From the NCBI GenBank assembly GCA_030704615.1, contig CM060731.1:35898001-35962000 (forward strand): a DNA stretch of 64,000 nucleotides. Direction: 5' to 3'. The notes under the pieces were generated by a model. The model ran no database searches, was not told the origin of the DNA, and was given only the letters and a program-made list of their open reading frames with translations. Shown here piece by piece: positions 13,301 to 24,254 of this stretch. The DNA comes from Takakia lepidozioides. Lineage: Eukaryota > Plantae > Bryophyta. The position numbers and the translations under genes are program-made. The stretch's first letter is position 1, and each line of letters starts with the position of its first letter.

Positions 13301-14434
13301 TGACTGCATACGGCCATCTCCAAGTCAGATCAAACATCAGGGAGCAGTTGCAGGCTGCTGGCATGGTGATTTAGACACCAATTTTATCAATTTGTGTGGA
13401 TTACCTGGATTTAAAACACAAACATTAGTTCATTAGCCACAGACAAACTTTCGCCCCTGGAATCCAAACTTCTCAAACCTCCACTTATATCTCTTGGCTC
13501 AATTACCAAACATGGACATGGACCTATGATTTTGCTTCACTAGGTCGGACAATCGCTATCAATCAGCGAAATCAATCGGGTTGCTTAAAAATTACCGTCA
13601 AAGGCTAGATCCCCCACATCTGTGCAGAAGCCTGGGGCTGAGGAACCCATAGGTTCTGGTCCAAAGTGATTGGAAGTGCTAACATGTGGACAGCAGTAAT
13701 ATATAGCCCAAAACTTGAAGATGTTGTCTGACACATCTGTTTCAATGAAATTAATCCCAGACAAGGCTGCACCGTCTCCATTCCCACTACTGTCCACCCC
13801 CTTCCCCCAAAAGGAAGATTACTATCCGAACCTTGCACTGAGAGTGTATACATGCAGATCCAAAGGGGCATATGAATCTGGGGATTGGATAACAAACTAA
13901 AGTGTACATGGACATTGAAGACATTTATGTGCCTATCAGGTCCTTGGCCTGTTCACAATACCCTCTCTCCCTCTCCCTTGCCCCTAGCTTTTCCTCCTAA
14001 TTCTCTCCTTTCTGAAGCTAGGCACATGTGTGTGTTGCGCATTGCAGTGTGGTTATCAACAGCCCTTTCTGGTACGATGAAAAATGTCAGCTCTTAATCA
14101 ATTCCATGAAACCATATTGTGGTCGGCTGTACACAGCCTTTGATTTCCATACCATGGTCGAAAAACCTCAGTCCGGTTCCCGTTCATCTCCAGGGGAAGA
14201 ACTCTCAAGGAACCATAGCCAACGTTCACAGGATTTGTTCACTGACTACAGCATCTATTTCCCGCACACTTATTATGCCAGGAATCTTCTTTTCTTTGGG
14301 CCCATAGCGTTCCAAGCCTACCAGAGGCCCTGATAGTCAAGTGGCTCCGAAGATAACAATACTTATACGTGTTCTTACCTTGATGGGGACAAGCCACGCC
14401 AGAACACATTCTTGTTTAAGATGGGGCTCTTCAT
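10330..14434 (-). CDS. VPS55: Vacuolar protein sorting 55 (LEPROT/OB-RGRP family) membrane protein
   Basis: Phase-consistent exons: 14434-14379 (start uncertain, may extend upstream), 13009-12958, 12832-12793, 12458-12368 and 10516-10330. Protein: RLAGLAFLFSVGILLQILGCALYNNWWPMLTALMYVMVPMPCLFFGGGSSTDF...WSDAAMFLTGFSAVGSIAIPAILHHAGLIQFGAMMIEF...EEEYW*, a typical plant Vps55. The ORF track misses it because the exons are short. Confidence 0.9.
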
Positions 14435-15292
14435 CTCGGACAGAAATAATTGGTAGGAAGGGTCAGGATCTCCCCATAGCTTCAACAACTCCACATCTTC
14501 GCAACTGAGAGACTCCTTAGAAAATTCAGCTCCAAATTACATATCAAATTCATCTCAAGATCCCCTCCCCATGAATGTTCGCATAGCACGACGGCTTTGA
14601 CATAAACTCCGACTTAGTCACAACAGCGAAGAGAGCACCAGAATGGGGGTTGAGGCTTACCCTGAAAAGACAAGGCCATGGCTGTCTGCGACTTGATGGA
14701 GATGACAACACTTGATGAACAAACCGAAACCAAATCCCAAATGCTAGGGACGCAGAGAGTGATAGAATGTACTCATAAGGCGTTGTTTGCAGAGTGTGAG
14801 AGAGAGTGTGACAGTCGAAAACAGGAACATCTGCAATTCTGCATGTGGGTCGGACGGTCGGACCCTGCAAGGGTGACCGCAGCAGGGGGCAGGATCCTGC
14901 CCACGATGAAAAAAGAAATCTGACACACCTTTGAAGTCAAGAGCAGCAGAATCTAGGTTGGGTCAGCCAGAAACAAATACATTTTATCTTCAGAATAGGG
15001 CAGCGGGGGTCTCATCTATAGTCTACAGCTAGAGGAGCTTTGAAGTTTGAAGTAGGAAGAAGAGAAAACTTCCAGTACTTTTCTCAATCCTGTCCTATTT
15101 GCTGGCGTACATGTGTGCTACAAACAGAACTCATAAAGCTTGTTTCTCTCTTGGGGGCAGAGAAGATGAGGTGGAGATGAATTCTCCTTACACCCACGTT
15201 TGAGTGATAGCATTGATTCCATTGTTGGGCTCTTGCTTTCCGCTTCCTCTAACTTAAGCTCCATTACAGTCACAGGGGTAGAAAAGAGAGGG

Positions 15293-16922
15293 ATGGTAGT
15301 GGGCTTCACCGATCTCCTGCGAGCACTGGTACCCAAGGCCCTACGTTGTCATTGCGGTGAACCGGCCGGGCACCTTTCATCATGCAGCATGAAGTGGCAA
15401 GCTGTGGAGCGGAAGTGGGTGTGCCGCTTGACCATGCGAGGTCGGAGACCCTTGGCAGGGATGGCTATGACGCCTCCCCAGCCTCTATGGGAAGCAAAGA
15501 GAGGTATAGACATGTAACTCCTTTGCATTCTCCTGGGTCTCTTAGCTGTGTGAGTCGGAGCGATACAGGGGCTCCTGGCGGGACCAAAGTCAAATAATTT
15601 CACTGTGTGTAATACAGGAGTGCAATCAACATTACTTAGCTGCGTCAGTATCTGCTGAAGGATCCAAATGAGAGGGAGAGAGAAAGAGAGAGATTTAGGG
15701 AAAGAGTTACAGTACTTGTATTGTTTACTGGAGGTGATCGCCCCTGTGACATACCAAGTTTTGGGTAAAATACACACCAGGGTTTTCCTAGGGAGCTGGC
15801 ACATATACATCTTTAAGCACCAGAACTCCTCATTAGAGCAATCAAAAGCTGGCGAATTTTTCATGTTCCTTCGTTTCTTGCATGCAGGGCAAGCAATGAG
15901 CAAAGAACAGCTCTGGCTGGAGTTCTTGTCGTATCCTTCACAGTGGTGGGACAACGCGTTTTGTAAGGTGTGACACCTTCACTTAGGATGTTGGAGAGTT
16001 TGTCAAGGAGGGCTTGGCTCTAGATCGTAGAAAAAATCAAAAGTGGTTCTTACTATGGCCCTTCGAGGTTCTTGCATGTTATCTGAAACAATTCCCTGGA
16101 ACTTTGGCTGTTGTAGCCTGGTTTAGGCAAGGCTGTAGTTGAAGCTAAGACTATTCAGCTGCCCTGTGGTGGTTTTCCCAGAAAAATTCAAGGGCAGCAG
16201 TTCAGACATAAGACCCTTCTTCCATACAAGGTCAAACACTATCCGGTGATGGTCCAGGTTAACACTTGCTGTGGACTGAGATGAGTCTCAGCCTGGCTTG
16301 CAGGGTGGCCTTGGCCACGACACTCCTTGCTATTATCAACATCTGAATACCAAGAAAAATTGCAGATGTTATCCAAAGCCACACTAGCTCTCACCAATAG
16401 AGACTGAGTCAGTCAAAAGCTGGCAAAGTTCTCATGTTTTTGCAGTTCTTACGTGCAGTTCAAGCAATGAGTGAAGAGCATGTCATCTCAGATCCTTCAC
16501 AATGGTGGGACGACAGGTTGGATAAGGTGAGGCCACCTTCATTCAGGATGTACAGTTTGTAGAAGAATGAAGATCTTTTGTGAACTGGATTGTCTCCAGT
16601 TGCTTAGTATAATGACAATTTTAAGCAAAAGCAGTTCTCCCTGTTTCTATCAGTAGGCTGGTTATAAGAAAGATGCTTGGAGCTTTGCTGTTTATAGGTG
16701 AGGCTGTGGTCAAAGTCATATGCTGCTTATCTGCCCACTGGGGTTTTTGTAGAAAATTCAAAGACCATCAGATTTCAGACAAGGATGCTCAAAGGAGGTC
16801 ATTTTGATTGAGAGTTCGTTGACCCCTCCGTGGGTGAAAGCTGAGCGAGCTGCCATCACAATCGGTCAAGCACAAACCAGTGTGGATCTACACCATGGAG
16901 CTTCAAGCAGAGAATACAAAAG
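15293..16922 (+). CDS. Predicted upstream exons of the PPR-DYW gene: transit-peptide-like exon plus OSB-type PDF-motif exons
   Basis: Exons 15293-15503, then 15888-15967 (or its duplicate 16459-16526), then 16753-16922 have GT/AG borders and join in frame to 17045. They encode KEQLWLEFLSYPSQWWDNAFCK / DPSQWWDDRLDK plus KIQRPSDFRQ...TPPWVKAE. Confidence 0.62.
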
Positions 16923-17045
16923 GTAGTGTTTTGGTGATGATTTAAGATTTCAGACAAAATTGGAACTGTTTGTTCTTGCAGTCGATGACTGGAGCCTTAA
17001 GTTTGACTGCAAAGATTTGTAACTAAGAGTTTTGAGTCATGCAGG

Positions 17046-19268
17046 ATGCCAGGGTTAAATCAGGCACAGTTTTTTTACTCCAGCAGCTCCGCCGTAATTA
17101 CTGCTTTCGAAAGAGGACCAACAGAAGGAGTCACTAAGATTTCTTCTGCCACTTGTGAGGATGTGAGAAAACTATGTAAGGCAGGACAACTGAAAGAAGC
17201 ACTGCACATTTTGTACGAAGGAGGCATTAGAGCGGACTTCAATACTTATTTCTGTCTTATGCAGGAGTGCATCAAAACTAAAGATCCAGAGACAGGAAAG
17301 CGGGTGCATGCCCATATTCTCCAACGAGGGTTTGAGCCAGGAATCTTTCTGCTCAATACCCTCGTCAACATGTATGCTAAGTGTGGGAAGGTGGTGGATG
17401 CTCGACTAGTATTTGACAAAATGCCTGAACGAGATGTGTTTACGTGGACTACAATGATGGCCGGATACTCTCAGCATGGATGTGGTAGGGAGGCTTTGGA
17501 GATCTATGAGAAAATGATTCAGGAAGGGGTGACTCCCAACGAGGTCACATTCACCTGTGCTCTCAATGCCTGTGCCAGCCTAGGAGCCCTGGAAAAGGGC
17601 AAAGACGTCCATACTAACATCATCAAAGCTGGAATTACACCAGACATCATCCTGGAGACTGCCCTTGTTGATATGTATGCCAAATGCAGAGGCATGAAAG
17701 ATGCCCGCCAAGTGTTTGATAATATGGCTAGACGAAATGTGGTTTCGTGGAGTGCCATGATCGCAGGATATGTGCACCATGGGTGTGGTAGGGAGGCTTT
17801 GGACATATATGACCAAATGATACGAAAAGGAGTAACGCCCAACCATGTCACATTTATTGGCATCCTCAATGCATGTGCCAGCCTAGCAGCCTTGAAAAAA
17901 GGCAAAGAGGTTCATGCCGACATCATGAAGGCTGGAATTGGACCATACATAAATTTGGAGAATACCCTTGTTGATATGTATGCCAAGTGCGATAGCATAA
18001 AGGATGCACAGCAAGTGTTCGATAATATGGTTAAACGAAATGTGGTCTCATGGAATGCTATTATTGCAGGATACGCTCAGCATGGGTGTGGTAGGGGGGC
18101 TTTCAAGATGTATGACCAAATGATACGGGAAGGGGTTATGCCTGACAAGATCACATTTATTTGTATTCTTGATGCATGTGCTGGCCTGTCAGCCCTGGGA
18201 AAGGGCAAAGAGGTCCATGCTACAATCATCAAAGCTGAAATTGCATCATATATTAATTTGGAGAATGCACTCCTTAACATGTATGCTAAATGCGGGAGCA
18301 TGGAGGATGCGCGGGAAGTCTTTGACAATATGGCTAAACACGATGTAGTCTCTTGGAGTGTGATGATCGAAGGATATGGTCAGCATGGGTGTGGTAGGGA
18401 GGCCCTCCACCTATTTCAACAAATGCAGCAGGAAGGCTTGAAGCCGGATGGTATCACCTTTATATCTCTTCTCTCTGCCTGTAGCCATGGGGGCCTGGTT
18501 GATGAAGGTCGTCACTACTTTGATTCCATGAGTAGACATCATGGCCTCAGTCCTACAGTGGAACATTTTGGCTGCATGGTGGACGTTCTTGGTCGTGGAG
18601 GCCAATTGGATGAGGCAGAGGACTTCATCACAAAAATGCCAATCGAACCAGATGCTGGGGTGTGGGGGGCCTTGCTTGGTGCCTGCAGAATCCATGGTGA
18701 TGTGATGGTCGCAGAGCGTGCAGCCAAATGCATCCTGAAGTGGGATCCACAGCAGGCTTCAACTTATGTGCTCCTATCGAACATGTATGCTGCCACTGGC
18801 AGGTGGAATGACCAAGCAAAGGTAAGAAAAATGATGGAGGACAGAGGTGTCCAGAAGGAGCCAGGCTACAGCTCCATTGAGGTGGGCAAACAGGTGCATA
18901 TATTTGTATTAGGGGACAAATTGCATCCACGAATTGAGGAAATCCATGCAGAGCTGGAGAGGTTGTCTGGGCGGATGAAGGAGGCTGGGTATGTGCCTGA
19001 CACATGCTTTGCATTGCATGATGTGGAGGCGGAGCAGAAGGAGGTGTCTCTTTGCTACCACAGTGAGAAGCTAGCCGTTGCTTTTGGCCTCATCAGCATG
19101 TCCCCTGGGTTACCCATCCGGGTCATGAAGAACCTTCGGATCTGTCGTGACTGCCACACGGCCACCAAGTTTATCTCAAAAATTGTTGGGCGTGCAATTG
19201 TTGTGCGGGATGCCATCCGCTTCCACCACTTCCAAGCCGGGGTTTGTTCTTGTAGGGATTACTGGTAA
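17046..19268 (+). CDS. PLS-class pentatricopeptide repeat protein with E1/E2 and DYW deaminase domains (organellar C-to-U RNA editing factor)
   Basis: 740-aa ORF with L-S-P triplets (MYAKCG, VVSWxAMIAGY, TFxxxLNACA), P2-L2-S2, E domains and a PG box. HSEKLA and CRDCH are intact and the protein ends CSCRDYW. Confidence 0.97.
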   Translation: MPGLNQAQFFYSSSSAVITAFERGPTEGVTKISSATCEDVRKLCKAGQLKEALHILYEGGIRADFNTYFCLMQECIKTKDPETGKRVHAHILQRGFEPGIFLLNTLVNMYAKCGKVVDARLVFDKMPERDVFTWTTMMAGYSQHGCGREALEIYEKMIQEGVTPNEVTFTCALNACASLGALEKGKDVHTNIIKAGITPDIILETALVDMYAKCRGMKDARQVFDNMARRNVVSWSAMIAGYVHHGCGREALDIYDQMIRKGVTPNHVTFIGILNACASLAALKKGKEVHADIMKAGIGPYINLENTLVDMYAKCDSIKDAQQVFDNMVKRNVVSWNAIIAGYAQHGCGRGAFKMYDQMIREGVMPDKITFICILDACAGLSALGKGKEVHATIIKAEIASYINLENALLNMYAKCGSMEDAREVFDNMAKHDVVSWSVMIEGYGQHGCGREALHLFQQMQQEGLKPDGITFISLLSACSHGGLVDEGRHYFDSMSRHHGLSPTVEHFGCMVDVLGRGGQLDEAEDFITKMPIEPDAGVWGALLGACRIHGDVMVAERAAKCILKWDPQQASTYVLLSNMYAATGRWNDQAKVRKMMEDRGVQKEPGYSSIEVGKQVHIFVLGDKLHPRIEEIHAELERLSGRMKEAGYVPDTCFALHDVEAEQKEVSLCYHSEKLAVAFGLISMSPGLPIRVMKNLRICRDCHTATKFISKIVGRAIVVRDAIRFHHFQAGVCSCRDYW

Positions 19269-20144
19269 AACAAAGTAAGCATAACATGAAAGAAATCAAG
19301 GAAAGACGGCAAATGATGTTCCCACAGTGAAAGTAAGTGTTTGACTTACATGATCAGATGGACTACATAGATAATGAGAAGTTTGACTCATGAGGTCCAT
19401 ATTATCATTAGTATGGTATGTTGTCTCCTTCATTACTTCATCCTTCATCCTGCACGGCCGACATGATTGGCACACAAAGATGCATGTATTTTAATCAATC
19501 TGTATTTGTATCCCTTGGTTCCCGAAAACTACTGCAGGTATCTTGAATATGTATTCTACTGTGTGCAGGCAGAAGTTGCAGACTGGTTTGTTTGTTGCGA
19601 GAAGGAGCAATGCAACAGTGCAAGCAGCTTTCTCACATAGTGTCCATATTACTTTCTGAACTTTTTGGGTGGCTTGCAGCACCCATTCACATGGCTACCA
19701 CCAGCGACTCACCTAAATGCAGCCCTCTCTGTTAGGCCCACATGCTGGCGACATGTATAGTTAAGTTTTCGCTAGAGATCGAGGGGACGGTACTCACTCT
19801 GGCAATTGGCAGTTAGCTCCATCGACTTTATTGCTTTCAGGATGAGAATACCCTTTGTACAAGAAACATTTAGTTAAAAAAAGCAGGCGAGCTATGATCA
19901 ATTGATAGCTGAACCAGCTTGTAACAATTTCTAAAACTGATCACAATACATGGATTGTATCCAATGAAATCTGCGGCAACTTGGACCCTCTTGAGTCTTC
20001 CGGTGGTTTAGAGTACTGTAACCAATAGCCTGCAATTTTTACCGACTACTAGAACGTCCAGGATAGTATAATCTCAGGGCTCTGTTGCATGTGAAGTCTT
20101 AACAGTTCAGAGGATCAAAGGCTGTATACTAACTGAGCTGAAGT

Positions 20145-22664
20145 TCATGACGTAAGATCAAGCTCAAGCTTCCTGACAAGAAGTTGAACTCCATGTTCGG
20201 GAAATGCAGACTCTCCTAGGCCAGGCGCATGGCGGTACCCCGGGGAAAGAGAGAAGCTGAACCTCTGCAGCAGAAGGCAGAGAAGAGCCTTGGCCTCCAA
20301 CATTGTAAAGTTCCTTCCCAAGCAGATGTGGCTGCCGCCACCAAATGGTAAGAAGGCGTCCGTGTGCCCAATGGACTCCCAACGATCCGGTCTGAAACTG
20401 GTGGCGTCTTTTCCCCAAAACTCCTGGCTCTGATGAATGTGAGCAACAGGAATCACTATGGTGGTACCAGGAATAACAGATACGTCTCCCAGCTCGTGCG
20501 CTTGAATGGAGTCCCTTTCAATATCAGGGATCGAGGGGTAAAGCCGCAGTATCTCGTTCAGTATCATGGCCACCTGGACGCCATCACAGTAGTTATCATA
20601 ATTAGATATGCACAACTGCTCAGCTCTTGATGTGAGTAAGTTTGAATGTCATTTGAACATTGAGCAGAGAAGCTTTAATAAGGTTGGAAAAACACTCTCT
20701 TCGTACGTCATCATGAAAAGCTTACTCACCGTTTTGAGGTTAGCAGTGTTTTCAGCGTCAGGTGGGGCATCCCCCAAGACCTCCTCCACTTCTGAACGCG
20801 CCCGATGCTGCCACTCGGGATGCACTGACAGCATCGTTAGTGTCCAAGTCAAGAGGATTGATGTGGTTAAGTTTCCCCCAATAAAAATGGTCTTGCATTC
20901 ATGCAGGAGTTGGGTTTTGCTCATCGTGGCACTGCCTGCCTGCATCGCCTCCATCATTATTCCCAATAAGTCGTGACCATAGATACTCTCGTGTGGCGAC
21001 TTCGTCTGTTGAGTACCTTTGGTGGCCTGAGCAAGGCGTGCATCCACAATCTCTTCAAGTATAGAGTCAATAACGTTTTGATCTCTCCACACTTTCCGAT
21101 TGCTGGCGATTGGAAGGAACCTGCATTGAAATGCATTTTTCTCTTCACATGCAATTGAAACTATGACATCTAACTATACCATTCGATCAAGTGATTATTC
21201 GGACTGCTTATAAGTGACAGCCAAGAAGTTTGTCGATAGACCCAGATAGCTCCCTTAAACCTGAGCAGCTGTCCTTGAACTAAAACTTGCAGGGATTTGG
21301 AACATTTATCTCTAATTAATCTAACGTATCTCTAATCTCTAGATCACTAGTTTACAAGTACATGGGACCTACTAAGGAATCAACAGTATTATGAATAGTG
21401 CACCAGAAATTCGACAAAGTAGCTCGAACATGAGATTAAACACACCTGTAGCCAGGCAGGAGGCGGACATATCCATACAAGTTGTCACCGAATATTGTAG
21501 CTACCAATCCTTGTAGTGCCTGAGCGGCCATGACTCCTTTGCTAACTTGGTCATTTTCTTCCTCCCTTAAGTCTGTAGTCGAGCCAAACGTAGACCTGAC
21601 AATAATGTCCATTGTTGTGATGGAAATATCCTTGTCAATAGTGATCTCTGCGCACTTTCCATCTTCAGAGGCATTGCCAATATGTATCTGCCATTTCTGG
21701 ACTAGCTCCTCCCCACACTCCACCACATGGTGAAAGAGACCCTGCGTGCATTGTCGGTGGCCATCCACAATCTGACATCAGTGTACTGGTCTACAAATCG
21801 GAAACGGACCGAAACTTGACCATTTTCAGAGAACGTGCATACAATCCTGCATCACTATACTATATGATGTACATTGTATATCTAGAGATATTAGTTGCTT
21901 GGATATAACATGTGGGAAATTTGTATACACTTGCAAAGATGGTACTCGTGCAAGTACAAGTGGTCTCACCGCTGAGATAGTGACGATGAAATAACAATCT
22001 CCGTATAGCAAACCGGCCAGGATCTAGGATCCTATCCAGCAAATGTAATCTTGAAGAAGGAGTGAGATTTTGACCTTTAGGTAGTTAAGACGGAAAGCAG
22101 GGCTGATGATTCTGTGTTGTTCCTTCCACAAAGATCCTTCAGACGCGATCAGGCCGTTCCCCACCAAAGGAGTAAGCGTTTCTCTTTTCAGCTCAGATTT
22201 GAGGTAGAATGAAGCCTTGGACAACAACACTTCTTTCACCAGCATTGGATCCGTGAGCACAATCCGTGTGGACGATCCCACTTCATGAATAGACACATTT
22301 CCTGTAGTCAAGACCCCAAAAGACAAGCTCAATCAATGGCCATGCTCCAAATTTATAAGTAAATGTACATTCTAGTTCAAGTACGAAAAAAGTGGATCAT
22401 ACCATACTCCCTAGCGAAGTCGACCAAGTATGGGATAATCCGAGTGGAGGTGGGATCGGTAAACTGCAGAAGGCGTGGGATGGAACGCCGAAGTTTGTGA
22501 ATCTCTGGAAGATTTCCGATGAAGGGCCTAAAAGCGGGCCCACGAATGCCCTGCTTCTCGTAGAATCTGCGTTTACTGTATGGCGTCCACCATCGCCCAT
22601 ACAGTATACTGGCCACCAACAAACAAAACACCGTGTAGGCCGTTGGAATCTCCCAATTCACCAT
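20145..22664 (-). CDS. Cytochrome P450, CYP72 clan
   Basis: Five exons (22664-22403, 22301-22075, 21741-21446, 21120-20730, 20573-20145) in the CYP72-clan pattern. Motifs: QGIRGP, WKEQHRIISPAF, HPEWQHRARSEV, K-helix EILRLYP, FRPDRW, heme motif FLPFGGGSHICLG, FSLSPGYRHAP. Confidence 0.93.
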
Positions 22665-23077
22665 CTTGATCGATCGTTAGGTACCGGCCCAATGTACTAG
22701 ATCTGTCACTGGTATTCGCAGTCCCACGCATGCTCGTCTACAGGCCCATGAACAACAGTCTTCTATTCTAGATAGCCTCAAGTAGAAGCCGCGGTGTCAT
22801 TGTATTTCATTGTGTTCGAACCTGCTCTTTGGTCAGATGTGTATATATGTCTCTGCAAGCATATGGCGGCTCTCCGATCTCTCTATTAATCTCTACAGGC
22901 TCGCTGCTCATGTGATACCACCATGGCACTGCAAGGTGTGGAGTCTGAAGACCTCGACGCCTTGGCCGAGGGCCGGTGGCTCGAGCAGCTCTGACCCCGA
23001 CAAAATTCAAAGAGAGAGAAGATTCCAGCGTCACTAATTCAAACATCCGGAATATTTTACGGGCCAGGGACTTTTTA

Positions 23078-23412
23078 GTACAGTAAAAGGAGCGACGTAA
23101 AATTCATGGGTTTGGCCTGGCTTCCAAGACCACGGGCAGCTTTGGGAACTCTGGGGAACTGCTTTGAGAACATTTGATGGCAGCTACCCGGAAATGGACG
23201 GTCAACTTTTTTTGTAGGGTTGCAAGTGGTCAGGATTTCGTCTTTCTCCTAAATGACAGTCCATTTCCGGGCAGCTGACCGCAATAGTTCTCAAGAAAGT
23301 TCCCCAGAGTTCCCATAGCTACAGACATATAAAGTCGGGGCGACGGCTTGGCGCCCTATTTTGGGGGTCGGAGCCCCAAAACCACAATTTTTACCTCGCT
23401 CGGGTACTACAG
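23078..23412. mobile_element. Foldback MITE-like element
   Basis: Long imperfect inverted arms: AGCTTTGGGAACTCTGGGGAACT..CAGCTACCCGGAAATGGAC (23138-23199) pairs with GTCCATTTCCGGGCAGCTG..AGTTCCCCAGAGTTCCCATAGCT (23259-23320). Outer arms GAGCGACGTAAAA / TTTTACCTCGCTC. Confidence 0.6.
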
Positions 23413-24254
23413 TCTTCGGCCTCCAGTCATGGTCTTTTTGCTATTCTACAAGTAATTGTTATCTGTTGCCCGGATAAAACCAGGCATGGCTTCTGGCAGG
23501 GGTAAAGTATATGCCCAAGGAGCTTCCAGGATTTGAGATCCAGAGCCCAAGGCCGGGTTTCCAGGATTCCAAGGGCGGCTGCCCGAGAGTGAGGGCTCAA
23601 ATCCTGGAAAACCCGAGACTTTACTAGTGTTGGCCCGTTATTTGATTTTTTTCATAATCAGCGGGTTGGGTTGCTTCAAATTTTAGGAAACTATTAACCT
23701 GCGGTTGTGGTTATTAAATTTTTTATGGCTAGATATAACCTGTGATTACGGTTACTTGCAAAAACCTCAAATAACTAGTGGTTTTCATCAAATAACCGCG
23801 GGTATTGCGCAGTTCTTTAAGAGGTTCTTTGCTCGGCTATTTGAATGCCTAAGCTTCGTCGGTTCCTAACTGGACCGGTTACTTCATTTTTTCACCTTCG
23901 TTGATCATATATACTAGGGTAGCCTATGTCGTTGGCCCAAGTGTCCAATGTCATCTAAGTCCAAGTGCATCAATATATGTAGCAAGCCATATCCAATCAT
24001 TTTTTTTCCACAGAGCCTACGACCAGATTTGAACCGGAGACCTTTCCTTTGATATCTCCAAGTGCTATCCCCTGTATATCCAAGTGTGTCTCCTATGTTG
24101 AGGCTCAAATGTGACCTCTAGGGTAGCTTGTGCTGTTGGCCCAAATGCCCCTGTCATCTAAGCCCGCCCAAGTGCAAGATCTCACATGTATCCTAGTGCG
24201 TCTCCTAAGTGAGGCCCAAGTTCATATATATATCAATATGTGAATCGAGACGTT

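Noticed and set aside
10600-14300. Apparent LINE endonuclease/RT-like words (DGNF, VWFEEQC, PKLYVFSK)
   Set aside because: The region resolves into VPS55 exons and introns. No YADD or QGxPLS motif or collinear domain order was found, so these look like chance matches.
17519-19014. Antisense ORFs over the PPR gene (and similar ones over the gag, SprT and NIF ORFs)
   Set aside because: These are shadow frames of real coding sequence with no independent motifs.
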